A stretch of DNA of 64,000 nucleotides from Rhynchopus sp. YZ270_cl-10 (taxonomy: Eukaryota), in contig OZ037846.1 in the NCBI GenBank assembly GCA_964035575.1, positions 372,001 through 436,000 on the forward strand, in the 5' to 3' direction. A program made the translations under genes and the position numbers. Within the stretch, counting starts at the first letter, position 1; each line of letters begins with the position of its first letter. The notes under the pieces are model-generated. The model saw only the letters and a program-made list of their open reading frames with translations. It was not told where the DNA came from and ran no database searches. Positions 1-14,400 of this stretch are shown here, piece after piece.

Positions 1-19
1 TCCCAAGATGAGAATAAGT

Positions 20-67
20 CCCGCACCCCGCACCCCGCACCCCGCACCCCGCACCCCGCACCCCGCA
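20..67. repeat. (CCCCGCA)n microsatellite, about 7 copies
   Basis: Direct 7-bp tandem repeat read from the sequence; the minus strand is (TGCGGGG)n. Confidence 0.95.
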
Positions 68-737
68 CCGAGAGTCAGGAAATGCAACCTGGAGGAGACC
101 TACAGCGCGCATGCAACCAAACTCCAGGCCCAAAGGGTTGCAGTCACAGGAGTCCCACAACAACGAATGGACACGCTTCCTCAAAGCATGGTCGGAATAA
201 CAAATATCAGTCCAAGAAAAGCACTTTGTGCATTACTTTAGCACGCTCCACGAGATTTGCAGGAACTGTTCACCGTACCCAACCTTGATACCCCGTACTG
301 GGTGCTCCGCAAGGGCAGTAGTCTAGAGAAACTTGCAAAATGCTATTCAATAATTTACACTCAATCCCAAATTTTTGTCCAGACTGGGTATTTTTTTAAA
401 TAAAGAACAACTATTCAAAACCGTAAAATTCTTGCTTTAATTGATTTTTCTGGTAAAACCTATGAACACGCAAAAAAAATCGACCAGATTCGTTGAGTGA
501 CTAAAACCCAATCACCCATAGAGAGAGAGACCCAAAACGGTGATTTTCCCTGTAATTCCTTAAGGAATTGCCTTTGCCATTTGAAAAAATATTATGACCG
601 CAAAAATGGCAACATGTAATCTGTGATGCTCAAAAGTGCAAAATTCTTGCTCCAATGGATTCTCCGGGTATACATTGTACCTGGAGAATATGCTCATATC
701 ACTCTTCAGACCATCTGGGGTATGGTCACACACAGGT

Positions 738-1135
738 AGTATACACAGTATTCACAGTATACACAGTGCTCACAGTATACACAGTATACACAGTATACAC
801 AGTATACACAGTATACACAGTATACACAGTATACACAGTATACACAGTATACACAGTATACACAGTATACACAGTATACACAGTATACACAGTATACACA
901 GTATACACAGTATACACAGTATACACAGTATACACAGTATACACAGTATACACAGTATACACAGTATACACAGTATACACAGTATACACAGTATACACAG
1001 TATACACAGTATACACAGTATACACAGTATACACAGTATACACAGTATACACAGTATACACAGTATACACAGTATACACAGTATACACAGTATACACAGT
1101 ATACACAGTATACACAGTATACACAGTATACACAG
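738..1135. repeat. (AGTATACAC)n microsatellite, about 44 copies
   Basis: 9-bp tandem repeat; the reverse complement array occurs at 63528-63701. The HSI/VYT ORFs over it are repeat artefacts. Confidence 0.97.
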
Positions 1136-1145
1136 GGGATTGGGA

Positions 1146-1622
1146 GTACAGTACAGTACAGTACAGTACAGTACAGTACAGTACAGTACAGTACAGTACA
1201 GTACAGTACAGTACAGTACAGTACAGTACAGTACAGTACAGTACAGTACAGTACAGTACAGTACAGTACAGTACAGTACAGTACAGTACAGTACAGTACA
1301 GTACAGTACAGTACAGTACAGTACAGTACAGTACAGTACAGTACAGTACAGTACAGTACAGTACAGTACAGTACAGTACAGTACAGTACAGTACAGTACA
1401 GTACAGTACAGTACAGTACAGTACAGTACAGTACAGTACAGTACAGTACAGTACAGTACAGTACAGTACAGTACAGTACAGTACAGTACAGTACAGTACA
1501 GTACAGTACAGTACAGTACAGTACAGTACAGTACAGTACAGTACAGTACAGTACAGTACAGTACAGTACAGTACAGTACAGTACAGTACAGTACAGTACA
1601 GTACAGTACAGTACAGTACAGT
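1146..1622. repeat. (GTACA)n microsatellite, about 95 copies
   Basis: Perfect 5-bp tandem repeat, separated from the 9-mer array by a short spacer (ggggattggga). Confidence 0.97.
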
Positions 1623-2426
1623 GCGATTCACATATCAGACAAGATCTCGTTAGGCGTATACTTCTGGGCCTCGTTCACTTCATAAACCACAGATGCAATT
1701 TTTTGAGCCTACGACCCCACATTTAACTCATTTCGATCCGCAGATTTCAATCCCAAAAAATATTTCAAAAAAATATTTCTGGTGTGGCACCTTAACCGAT
1801 TCTCCGTGGTTCTACCCGTTGTCCCTCCGTAAAGGGGGGGTATGGATGTTGGAAAACAGGCCTTCATATGCACCTTCGGTTCAACGTCGCAGGCAGGCCA
1901 AACAGCGTTTTGAATTTGTTGTTTGTGAGCTACCCGCATGTGGAAGGCCCACTTCTCAGAATTCACGACATTTTTTCTCGACCCGATTGGTGGAGTACAT
2001 ATTTGTTATCACCGCCTGGTTACCCTACTGACACATTTTCAAAAGAATCTGCGTTAAAGAAAATCAGAATGCTCGATCTTCACGCGTGGGATAGTTTTTC
2101 ACCAGTATAAAGTACGGTGTGAACATCTCATATAATGGTGCACTCTCTCTGATCTCTTTGACCGGACATATGTGCAACACATGCACTCCTCCTCGCGTGT
2201 GCAGTTGATGAAGCTGTTGCAATCGTCTTCTCCATTGCAGTCTCAAGAGAAATACGTCTTACAGCAGACGAGTTCGGGGCTGGACATCCACTCAAATGCA
2301 GGACATGTCTCTAATGTCCTAATCCTGTGCACCAAGCACCACCCCAGGCGCTTCGCGGCGAAGGGCAGGCTTAGCCCAGCCCTTAGCCGCGAAGCGACTG
2401 GGGGGTCTGGGGGGCGGAGCCCCCCA

Positions 2427-5400
2427 GCGAAATTTTTTGACTTAACACTGCTTGTGCTTAGAAAACCCGAATTTTTTACCCTTCAAAATTGCATTTGAGG
2501 AACTCACAACGCGTCAAAACGAAAAGGTCGTTTTTGGCACTTTTAAAACCGGGCTCCGCTGAGTTCACCATATTTTTGCTCGATTTATTTAGTGGAGTAA
2601 CTAATTAGTAATCGTATTCTCGGACAAAAATTCGGGACGAGGTGTTAGATAATTCCTCTGTATTTTACTAAGGGAAAATCCCTAGTAAAATACAGGCAAA
2701 AATCCAGGTAAAAATCACTTTGTCTCGATTTTTTAGTAAAAATACAGGGTGCAACGAAACCAGAAAAAAACTTCGTCATTGGACGTTTCTGGGTTCCGAG
2801 CTTTTAACGCAAAAAAAAACCTATTTTTTTTTTCGCGAAATTTTTTGACTTAACACTGCTTGTGCTTAGAAAACCCGAATTTTTTACCCTTCAAAATTGC
2901 ATTTGAGGAACTCACAACGCGTCAAAACGAAAAGGTCGTTTTTGGCACTTTTAAAACCGGGCTCCGCTGAGTTCACCATATTTTTGCTCGATTTATTTAG
3001 TGGAGTAACTAATTAGTAATCGTATTCTCGGACAAAAATTCGGGACGAGGTGTTAGATAATTCCTCTGTATTTTACTAAGGGAAAATCCCTAGTAAAATA
3101 CAGGCAAAAATCCAGGTAAAAATCACTTTGTCTCGATTTTTTAGTAAAAATACAGGGTGCAACGAAACCAGAAAAAAACTTCGTCATTGGACGTTTCTGG
3201 GTTCCGAGCTTTTAACGCAAAAAAAAACCTATTTTTTTTTTCGCGAAATTTTTTGACTTAACACTGCTTGTGCTTAGAAAACCCGAATTTTTTACCCTTC
3301 AAAATTGCATTTGAGGAACTCACAACGCGTCAAAACGAAAAGGTCGTTTTTGGCACTTTTAAAACCGGGCTCCGCTGAGTTCACCATATTTTTGCTCGAT
3401 TTATTTAGTGGAGTAACTAATTAGTAATCGTATTCTCGGACAAAAATTCGGGACGAGGTGTTAGATAATTCCTCTGTATTTTACTAAGGGAAAATCCCTA
3501 GTAAAATACAGGCAAAAATCCAGGTAAAAATCACTTTGTCTCGATTTTTTAGTAAAAATACAGGGTGCAACGAAACCAGAAAAAAACTTCGTCATTGGAC
3601 GTTTCTGGGTTCCGAGCTTTTAACGCAAAAAAAAACCTATTTTTTTTTTCGCGAAATTTTTTGACTTAACACTGCTTGTGCTTAGAAAACCCGAATTTTT
3701 TACCCTTCAAAATTGCATTTGAGGAACTCACAACGCGTCAAAACGAAAAGGTCGTTTTTGGCACTTTTAAAACCGGGCTCCGCTGAGTTCACCATATTTT
3801 TGCTCGATTTATTTAGTGGAGTAACTAATTAGTAATCGTATTCTCGGACAAAAATTCGGGACGAGGTGTTAGATAATTCCTCTGTATTTTACTAAGGGAA
3901 AATCCCTAGTAAAATACAGGCAAAAATCCAGGTAAAAATCACTTTGTCTCGATTTTTTAGTAAAAATACAGGGTGCAACGAAACCAGAAAAAAACTTCGT
4001 CATTGGACGTTTCTGGGTTCCGAGCTTTTAACGCAAAAAAAAACCTATTTTTTTTTTCGCGAAATTTTTTGACTTAACACTGCTTGTGCTTAGAAAACCC
4101 GAATTTTTTACCCTTCAAAATTGCATTTGAGGAACTCACAACGCGTCAAAACGAAAAGGTCGTTTTTGGCACTTTTAAAACCGGGCTCCGCTGAGTTCAC
4201 CATATTTTTGCTCGATTTATTTAGTGGAGTAACTAATTAGTAATCGTATTCTCGGACAAAAATTCGGGACGAGGTGTTAGATAATTCCTCTGTATTTTAC
4301 TAAGGGAAAATCCCTAGTAAAATACAGGCAAAAATCCAGGTAAAAATCACTTTGTCTCGATTTTTTAGTAAAAATACAGGGTGCAACGAAACCAGAAAAA
4401 AACTTCGTCATTGGACGTTTCTGGGTTCCGAGCTTTTAACGCAAAAAAAAACCTATTTTTTTTTTCGCGAAATTTTTTGACTTAACACTGCTTGTGCTTA
4501 GAAAACCCGAATTTTTTACCCTTCAAAATTGCATTTGAGGAACTCACAACGCGTCAAAACGAAAAGGTCGTTTTTGGCACTTTTAAAACCGGGCTCCGCT
4601 GAGTTCACCATATTTTTGCTCGATTTATTTAGTGGAGTAACTAATTAGTAATCGTATTCTCGGACAAAAATTCGGGACGAGGTGTTAGATAATTCCTCTG
4701 TATTTTACTAAGGGAAAATCCCTAGTAAAATACAGGCAAAAATCCAGGTAAAAATCACTTTGTCTCGATTTTTTAGTAAAAATACAGGGTGCAACGAAAC
4801 CAGAAAAAAACTTCGTCATTGGACGTTTCTGGGTTCCGAGCTTTTAACGCAAAAAAAAACCTATTTTTTTTTTCGCGAAATTTTTTGACTTAACACTGCT
4901 TGTGCTTAGAAAACCCGAATTTTTTACCCTTCAAAATTGCATTTGAGGAACTCACAACGCGTCAAAACGAAAAGGTCGTTTTTGGCACTTTTAAAACCGG
5001 GCTCCGCTGAGTTCACCATATTTTTGCTCGATTTATTTAGTGGAGTAACTAATTAGTAATCGTATTCTCGGACAAAAATTCGGGACGAGGTGTTAGATAA
5101 TTCCTCTGTATTTTACTAAGGGAAAATCCCTAGTAAAATACAGGCAAAAATCCAGGTAAAAATCACTTTGTCTCGATTTTTTAGTAAAAATACAGGGTGC
5201 AACGAAACCAGAAAAAAACTTCGTCATTGGACGTTTCTGGGTTCCGAGCTTTTAACGCAAAAAAAAACCTATTTTTTTTTTCGCGAAATTTTTTGACTTA
5301 ACACTGCTTGTGCTTAGAAAACCCGAATTTTTTACCCTTCAAAATTGCATTTGAGGAACTCACAACGCGTCAAAACGAAAAGGTCGTTTTTGGCACTTTT

Positions 5401-8400
5401 AAAACCGGGCTCCGCTGAGTTCACCATATTTTTGCTCGATTTATTTAGTGGAGTAACTAATTAGTAATCGTATTCTCGGACAAAAATTCGGGACGAGGTG
5501 TTAGATAATTCCTCTGTATTTTACTAAGGGAAAATCCCTAGTAAAATACAGGCAAAAATCCAGGTAAAAATCACTTTGTCTCGATTTTTTAGTAAAAATA
5601 CAGGGTGCAACGAAACCAGAAAAAAACTTCGTCATTGGACGTTTCTGGGTTCCGAGCTTTTAACGCAAAAAAAAACCTATTTTTTTTTTCGCGAAATTTT
5701 TTGACTTAACACTGCTTGTGCTTAGAAAACCCGAATTTTTTACCCTTCAAAATTGCATTTGAGGAACTCACAACGCGTCAAAACGAAAAGGTCGTTTTTG
5801 GCACTTTTAAAACCGGGCTCCGCTGAGTTCACCATATTTTTGCTCGATTTATTTAGTGGAGTAACTAATTAGTAATCGTATTCTCGGACAAAAATTCGGG
5901 ACGAGGTGTTAGATAATTCCTCTGTATTTTACTAAGGGAAAATCCCTAGTAAAATACAGGCAAAAATCCAGGTAAAAATCACTTTGTCTCGATTTTTTAG
6001 TAAAAATACAGGGTGCAACGAAACCAGAAAAAAACTTCGTCATTGGACGTTTCTGGGTTCCGAGCTTTTAACGCAAAAAAAAACCTATTTTTTTTTTCGC
6101 GAAATTTTTTGACTTAACACTGCTTGTGCTTAGAAAACCCGAATTTTTTACCCTTCAAAATTGCATTTGAGGAACTCACAACGCGTCAAAACGAAAAGGT
6201 CGTTTTTGGCACTTTTAAAACCGGGCTCCGCTGAGTTCACCATATTTTTGCTCGATTTATTTAGTGGAGTAACTAATTAGTAATCGTATTCTCGGACAAA
6301 AATTCGGGACGAGGTGTTAGATAATTCCTCTGTATTTTACTAAGGGAAAATCCCTAGTAAAATACAGGCAAAAATCCAGGTAAAAATCACTTTGTCTCGA
6401 TTTTTTAGTAAAAATACAGGGTGCAACGAAACCAGAAAAAAACTTCGTCATTGGACGTTTCTGGGTTCCGAGCTTTTAACGCAAAAAAAAACCTATTTTT
6501 TTTTTCGCGAAATTTTTTGACTTAACACTGCTTGTGCTTAGAAAACCCGAATTTTTTACCCTTCAAAATTGCATTTGAGGAACTCACAACGCGTCAAAAC
6601 GAAAAGGTCGTTTTTGGCACTTTTAAAACCGGGCTCCGCTGAGTTCACCATATTTTTGCTCGATTTATTTAGTGGAGTAACTAATTAGTAATCGTATTCT
6701 CGGACAAAAATTCGGGACGAGGTGTTAGATAATTCCTCTGTATTTTACTAAGGGAAAATCCCTAGTAAAATACAGGCAAAAATCCAGGTAAAAATCACTT
6801 TGTCTCGATTTTTTAGTAAAAATACAGGGTGCAACGAAACCAGAAAAAAACTTCGTCATTGGACGTTTCTGGGTTCCGAGCTTTTAACGCAAAAAAAAAC
6901 CTATTTTTTTTTTCGCGAAATTTTTTGACTTAACACTGCTTGTGCTTAGAAAACCCGAATTTTTTACCCTTCAAAATTGCATTTGAGGAACTCACAACGC
7001 GTCAAAACGAAAAGGTCGTTTTTGGCACTTTTAAAACCGGGCTCCGCTGAGTTCACCATATTTTTGCTCGATTTATTTAGTGGAGTAACTAATTAGTAAT
7101 CGTATTCTCGGACAAAAATTCGGGACGAGGTGTTAGATAATTCCTCTGTATTTTACTAAGGGAAAATCCCTAGTAAAATACAGGCAAAAATCCAGGTAAA
7201 AATCACTTTGTCTCGATTTTTTAGTAAAAATACAGGGTGCAACGAAACCAGAAAAAAACTTCGTCATTGGACGTTTCTGGGTTCCGAGCTTTTAACGCAA
7301 AAAAAAACCTATTTTTTTTTTCGCGAAATTTTTTGACTTAACACTGCTTGTGCTTAGAAAACCCGAATTTTTTACCCTTCAAAATTGCATTTGAGGAACT
7401 CACAACGCGTCAAAACGAAAAGGTCGTTTTTGGCACTTTTAAAACCGGGCTCCGCTGAGTTCACCATATTTTTGCTCGATTTATTTAGTGGAGTAACTAA
7501 TTAGTAATCGTATTCTCGGACAAAAATTCGGGACGAGGTGTTAGATAATTCCTCTGTATTTTACTAAGGGAAAATCCCTAGTAAAATACAGGCAAAAATC
7601 CAGGTAAAAATCACTTTGTCTCGATTTTTTAGTAAAAATACAGGGTGCAACGAAACCAGAAAAAAACTTCGTCATTGGACGTTTCTGGGTTCCGAGCTTT
7701 TAACGCAAAAAAAAACCTATTTTTTTTTTCGCGAAATTTTTTGACTTAACACTGCTTGTGCTTAGAAAACCCGAATTTTTTACCCTTCAAAATTGCATTT
7801 GAGGAACTCACAACGCGTCAAAACGAAAAGGTCGTTTTTGGCACTTTTAAAACCGGGCTCCGCTGAGTTCACCATATTTTTGCTCGATTTATTTAGTGGA
7901 GTAACTAATTAGTAATCGTATTCTCGGACAAAAATTCGGGACGAGGTGTTAGATAATTCCTCTGTATTTTACTAAGGGAAAATCCCTAGTAAAATACAGG
8001 CAAAAATCCAGGTAAAAATCACTTTGTCTCGATTTTTTAGTAAAAATACAGGGTGCAACGAAACCAGAAAAAAACTTCGTCATTGGACGTTTCTGGGTTC
8101 CGAGCTTTTAACGCAAAAAAAAACCTATTTTTTTTTTCGCGAAATTTTTTGACTTAACACTGCTTGTGCTTAGAAAACCCGAATTTTTTACCCTTCAAAA
8201 TTGCATTTGAGGAACTCACAACGCGTCAAAACGAAAAGGTCGTTTTTGGCACTTTTAAAACCGGGCTCCGCTGAGTTCACCATATTTTTGCTCGATTTAT
8301 TTAGTGGAGTAACTAATTAGTAATCGTATTCTCGGACAAAAATTCGGGACGAGGTGTTAGATAATTCCTCTGTATTTTACTAAGGGAAAATCCCTAGTAA

Positions 8401-11400
8401 AATACAGGCAAAAATCCAGGTAAAAATCACTTTGTCTCGATTTTTTAGTAAAAATACAGGGTGCAACGAAACCAGAAAAAAACTTCGTCATTGGACGTTT
8501 CTGGGTTCCGAGCTTTTAACGCAAAAAAAAACCTATTTTTTTTTTCGCGAAATTTTTTGACTTAACACTGCTTGTGCTTAGAAAACCCGAATTTTTTACC
8601 CTTCAAAATTGCATTTGAGGAACTCACAACGCGTCAAAACGAAAAGGTCGTTTTTGGCACTTTTAAAACCGGGCTCCGCTGAGTTCACCATATTTTTGCT
8701 CGATTTATTTAGTGGAGTAACTAATTAGTAATCGTATTCTCGGACAAAAATTCGGGACGAGGTGTTAGATAATTCCTCTGTATTTTACTAAGGGAAAATC
8801 CCTAGTAAAATACAGGCAAAAATCCAGGTAAAAATCACTTTGTCTCGATTTTTTAGTAAAAATACAGGGTGCAACGAAACCAGAAAAAAACTTCGTCATT
8901 GGACGTTTCTGGGTTCCGAGCTTTTAACGCAAAAAAAAACCTATTTTTTTTTTCGCGAAATTTTTTGACTTAACACTGCTTGTGCTTAGAAAACCCGAAT
9001 TTTTTACCCTTCAAAATTGCATTTGAGGAACTCACAACGCGTCAAAACGAAAAGGTCGTTTTTGGCACTTTTAAAACCGGGCTCCGCTGAGTTCACCATA
9101 TTTTTGCTCGATTTATTTAGTGGAGTAACTAATTAGTAATCGTATTCTCGGACAAAAATTCGGGACGAGGTGTTAGATAATTCCTCTGTATTTTACTAAG
9201 GGAAAATCCCTAGTAAAATACAGGCAAAAATCCAGGTAAAAATCACTTTGTCTCGATTTTTTAGTAAAAATACAGGGTGCAACGAAACCAGAAAAAAACT
9301 TCGTCATTGGACGTTTCTGGGTTCCGAGCTTTTAACGCAAAAAAAAACCTATTTTTTTTTTCGCGAAATTTTTTGACTTAACACTGCTTGTGCTTAGAAA
9401 ACCCGAATTTTTTACCCTTCAAAATTGCATTTGAGGAACTCACAACGCGTCAAAACGAAAAGGTCGTTTTTGGCACTTTTAAAACCGGGCTCCGCTGAGT
9501 TCACCATATTTTTGCTCGATTTATTTAGTGGAGTAACTAATTAGTAATCGTATTCTCGGACAAAAATTCGGGACGAGGTGTTAGATAATTCCTCTGTATT
9601 TTACTAAGGGAAAATCCCTAGTAAAATACAGGCAAAAATCCAGGTAAAAATCACTTTGTCTCGATTTTTTAGTAAAAATACAGGGTGCAACGAAACCAGA
9701 AAAAAACTTCGTCATTGGACGTTTCTGGGTTCCGAGCTTTTAACGCAAAAAAAAACCTATTTTTTTTTTCGCGAAATTTTTTGACTTAACACTGCTTGTG
9801 CTTAGAAAACCCGAATTTTTTACCCTTCAAAATTGCATTTGAGGAACTCACAACGCGTCAAAACGAAAAGGTCGTTTTTGGCACTTTTAAAACCGGGCTC
9901 CGCTGAGTTCACCATATTTTTGCTCGATTTATTTAGTGGAGTAACTAATTAGTAATCGTATTCTCGGACAAAAATTCGGGACGAGGTGTTAGATAATTCC
10001 TCTGTATTTTACTAAGGGAAAATCCCTAGTAAAATACAGGCAAAAATCCAGGTAAAAATCACTTTGTCTCGATTTTTTAGTAAAAATACAGGGTGCAACG
10101 AAACCAGAAAAAAACTTCGTCATTGGACGTTTCTGGGTTCCGAGCTTTTAACGCAAAAAAAAACCTATTTTTTTTTTCGCGAAATTTTTTGACTTAACAC
10201 TGCTTGTGCTTAGAAAACCCGAATTTTTTACCCTTCAAAATTGCATTTGAGGAACTCACAACGCGTCAAAACGAAAAGGTCGTTTTTGGCACTTTTAAAA
10301 CCGGGCTCCGCTGAGTTCACCATATTTTTGCTCGATTTATTTAGTGGAGTAACTAATTAGTAATCGTATTCTCGGACAAAAATTCGGGACGAGGTGTTAG
10401 ATAATTCCTCTGTATTTTACTAAGGGAAAATCCCTAGTAAAATACAGGCAAAAATCCAGGTAAAAATCACTTTGTCTCGATTTTTTAGTAAAAATACAGG
10501 GTGCAACGAAACCAGAAAAAAACTTCGTCATTGGACGTTTCTGGGTTCCGAGCTTTTAACGCAAAAAAAAACCTATTTTTTTTTTCGCGAAATTTTTTGA
10601 CTTAACACTGCTTGTGCTTAGAAAACCCGAATTTTTTACCCTTCAAAATTGCATTTGAGGAACTCACAACGCGTCAAAACGAAAAGGTCGTTTTTGGCAC
10701 TTTTAAAACCGGGCTCCGCTGAGTTCACCATATTTTTGCTCGATTTATTTAGTGGAGTAACTAATTAGTAATCGTATTCTCGGACAAAAATTCGGGACGA
10801 GGTGTTAGATAATTCCTCTGTATTTTACTAAGGGAAAATCCCTAGTAAAATACAGGCAAAAATCCAGGTAAAAATCACTTTGTCTCGATTTTTTAGTAAA
10901 AATACAGGGTGCAACGAAACCAGAAAAAAACTTCGTCATTGGACGTTTCTGGGTTCCGAGCTTTTAACGCAAAAAAAAACCTATTTTTTTTTTCGCGAAA
11001 TTTTTTGACTTAACACTGCTTGTGCTTAGAAAACCCGAATTTTTTACCCTTCAAAATTGCATTTGAGGAACTCACAACGCGTCAAAACGAAAAGGTCGTT
11101 TTTGGCACTTTTAAAACCGGGCTCCGCTGAGTTCACCATATTTTTGCTCGATTTATTTAGTGGAGTAACTAATTAGTAATCGTATTCTCGGACAAAAATT
11201 CGGGACGAGGTGTTAGATAATTCCTCTGTATTTTACTAAGGGAAAATCCCTAGTAAAATACAGGCAAAAATCCAGGTAAAAATCACTTTGTCTCGATTTT
11301 TTAGTAAAAATACAGGGTGCAACGAAACCAGAAAAAAACTTCGTCATTGGACGTTTCTGGGTTCCGAGCTTTTAACGCAAAAAAAAACCTATTTTTTTTT

Positions 11401-14400
11401 TCGCGAAATTTTTTGACTTAACACTGCTTGTGCTTAGAAAACCCGAATTTTTTACCCTTCAAAATTGCATTTGAGGAACTCACAACGCGTCAAAACGAAA
11501 AGGTCGTTTTTGGCACTTTTAAAACCGGGCTCCGCTGAGTTCACCATATTTTTGCTCGATTTATTTAGTGGAGTAACTAATTAGTAATCGTATTCTCGGA
11601 CAAAAATTCGGGACGAGGTGTTAGATAATTCCTCTGTATTTTACTAAGGGAAAATCCCTAGTAAAATACAGGCAAAAATCCAGGTAAAAATCACTTTGTC
11701 TCGATTTTTTAGTAAAAATACAGGGTGCAACGAAACCAGAAAAAAACTTCGTCATTGGACGTTTCTGGGTTCCGAGCTTTTAACGCAAAAAAAAACCTAT
11801 TTTTTTTTTCGCGAAATTTTTTGACTTAACACTGCTTGTGCTTAGAAAACCCGAATTTTTTACCCTTCAAAATTGCATTTGAGGAACTCACAACGCGTCA
11901 AAACGAAAAGGTCGTTTTTGGCACTTTTAAAACCGGGCTCCGCTGAGTTCACCATATTTTTGCTCGATTTATTTAGTGGAGTAACTAATTAGTAATCGTA
12001 TTCTCGGACAAAAATTCGGGACGAGGTGTTAGATAATTCCTCTGTATTTTACTAAGGGAAAATCCCTAGTAAAATACAGGCAAAAATCCAGGTAAAAATC
12101 ACTTTGTCTCGATTTTTTAGTAAAAATACAGGGTGCAACGAAACCAGAAAAAAACTTCGTCATTGGACGTTTCTGGGTTCCGAGCTTTTAACGCAAAAAA
12201 AAACCTATTTTTTTTTTCGCGAAATTTTTTGACTTAACACTGCTTGTGCTTAGAAAACCCGAATTTTTTACCCTTCAAAATTGCATTTGAGGAACTCACA
12301 ACGCGTCAAAACGAAAAGGTCGTTTTTGGCACTTTTAAAACCGGGCTCCGCTGAGTTCACCATATTTTTGCTCGATTTATTTAGTGGAGTAACTAATTAG
12401 TAATCGTATTCTCGGACAAAAATTCGGGACGAGGTGTTAGATAATTCCTCTGTATTTTACTAAGGGAAAATCCCTAGTAAAATACAGGCAAAAATCCAGG
12501 TAAAAATCACTTTGTCTCGATTTTTTAGTAAAAATACAGGGTGCAACGAAACCAGAAAAAAACTTCGTCATTGGACGTTTCTGGGTTCCGAGCTTTTAAC
12601 GCAAAAAAAAACCTATTTTTTTTTTCGCGAAATTTTTTGACTTAACACTGCTTGTGCTTAGAAAACCCGAATTTTTTACCCTTCAAAATTGCATTTGAGG
12701 AACTCACAACGCGTCAAAACGAAAAGGTCGTTTTTGGCACTTTTAAAACCGGGCTCCGCTGAGTTCACCATATTTTTGCTCGATTTATTTAGTGGAGTAA
12801 CTAATTAGTAATCGTATTCTCGGACAAAAATTCGGGACGAGGTGTTAGATAATTCCTCTGTATTTTACTAAGGGAAAATCCCTAGTAAAATACAGGCAAA
12901 AATCCAGGTAAAAATCACTTTGTCTCGATTTTTTAGTAAAAATACAGGGTGCAACGAAACCAGAAAAAAACTTCGTCATTGGACGTTTCTGGGTTCCGAG
13001 CTTTTAACGCAAAAAAAAACCTATTTTTTTTTTCGCGAAATTTTTTGACTTAACACTGCTTGTGCTTAGAAAACCCGAATTTTTTACCCTTCAAAATTGC
13101 ATTTGAGGAACTCACAACGCGTCAAAACGAAAAGGTCGTTTTTGGCACTTTTAAAACCGGGCTCCGCTGAGTTCACCATATTTTTGCTCGATTTATTTAG
13201 TGGAGTAACTAATTAGTAATCGTATTCTCGGACAAAAATTCGGGACGAGGTGTTAGATAATTCCTCTGTATTTTACTAAGGGAAAATCCCTAGTAAAATA
13301 CAGGCAAAAATCCAGGTAAAAATCACTTTGTCTCGATTTTTTAGTAAAAATACAGGGTGCAACGAAACCAGAAAAAAACTTCGTCATTGGACGTTTCTGG
13401 GTTCCGAGCTTTTAACGCAAAAAAAAACCTATTTTTTTTTTCGCGAAATTTTTTGACTTAACACTGCTTGTGCTTAGAAAACCCGAATTTTTTACCCTTC
13501 AAAATTGCATTTGAGGAACTCACAACGCGTCAAAACGAAAAGGTCGTTTTTGGCACTTTTAAAACCGGGCTCCGCTGAGTTCACCATATTTTTGCTCGAT
13601 TTATTTAGTGGAGTAACTAATTAGTAATCGTATTCTCGGACAAAAATTCGGGACGAGGTGTTAGATAATTCCTCTGTATTTTACTAAGGGAAAATCCCTA
13701 GTAAAATACAGGCAAAAATCCAGGTAAAAATCACTTTGTCTCGATTTTTTAGTAAAAATACAGGGTGCAACGAAACCAGAAAAAAACTTCGTCATTGGAC
13801 GTTTCTGGGTTCCGAGCTTTTAACGCAAAAAAAAACCTATTTTTTTTTTCGCGAAATTTTTTGACTTAACACTGCTTGTGCTTAGAAAACCCGAATTTTT
13901 TACCCTTCAAAATTGCATTTGAGGAACTCACAACGCGTCAAAACGAAAAGGTCGTTTTTGGCACTTTTAAAACCGGGCTCCGCTGAGTTCACCATATTTT
14001 TGCTCGATTTATTTAGTGGAGTAACTAATTAGTAATCGTATTCTCGGACAAAAATTCGGGACGAGGTGTTAGATAATTCCTCTGTATTTTACTAAGGGAA
14101 AATCCCTAGTAAAATACAGGCAAAAATCCAGGTAAAAATCACTTTGTCTCGATTTTTTAGTAAAAATACAGGGTGCAACGAAACCAGAAAAAAACTTCGT
14201 CATTGGACGTTTCTGGGTTCCGAGCTTTTAACGCAAAAAAAAACCTATTTTTTTTTTCGCGAAATTTTTTGACTTAACACTGCTTGTGCTTAGAAAACCC
14301 GAATTTTTTACCCTTCAAAATTGCATTTGAGGAACTCACAACGCGTCAAAACGAAAAGGTCGTTTTTGGCACTTTTAAAACCGGGCTCCGCTGAGTTCAC

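Noticed and set aside
20..67. Telomeric repeat
   Set aside because: It is short, internal and flanked by transposon-derived sequence. Isolated TTAGGG hexamers in TIRs are not arrays.
636..1685. Long ORFs with HSI, VYT and VQYST repeats
   Set aside because: They are stop-free translations of microsatellites. The same applies to the GTGYWVL and PGTQVPRY ORFs at 40.4, 46.1, 50 and 54.1 kb and the YCV ORF at 63.5 kb.
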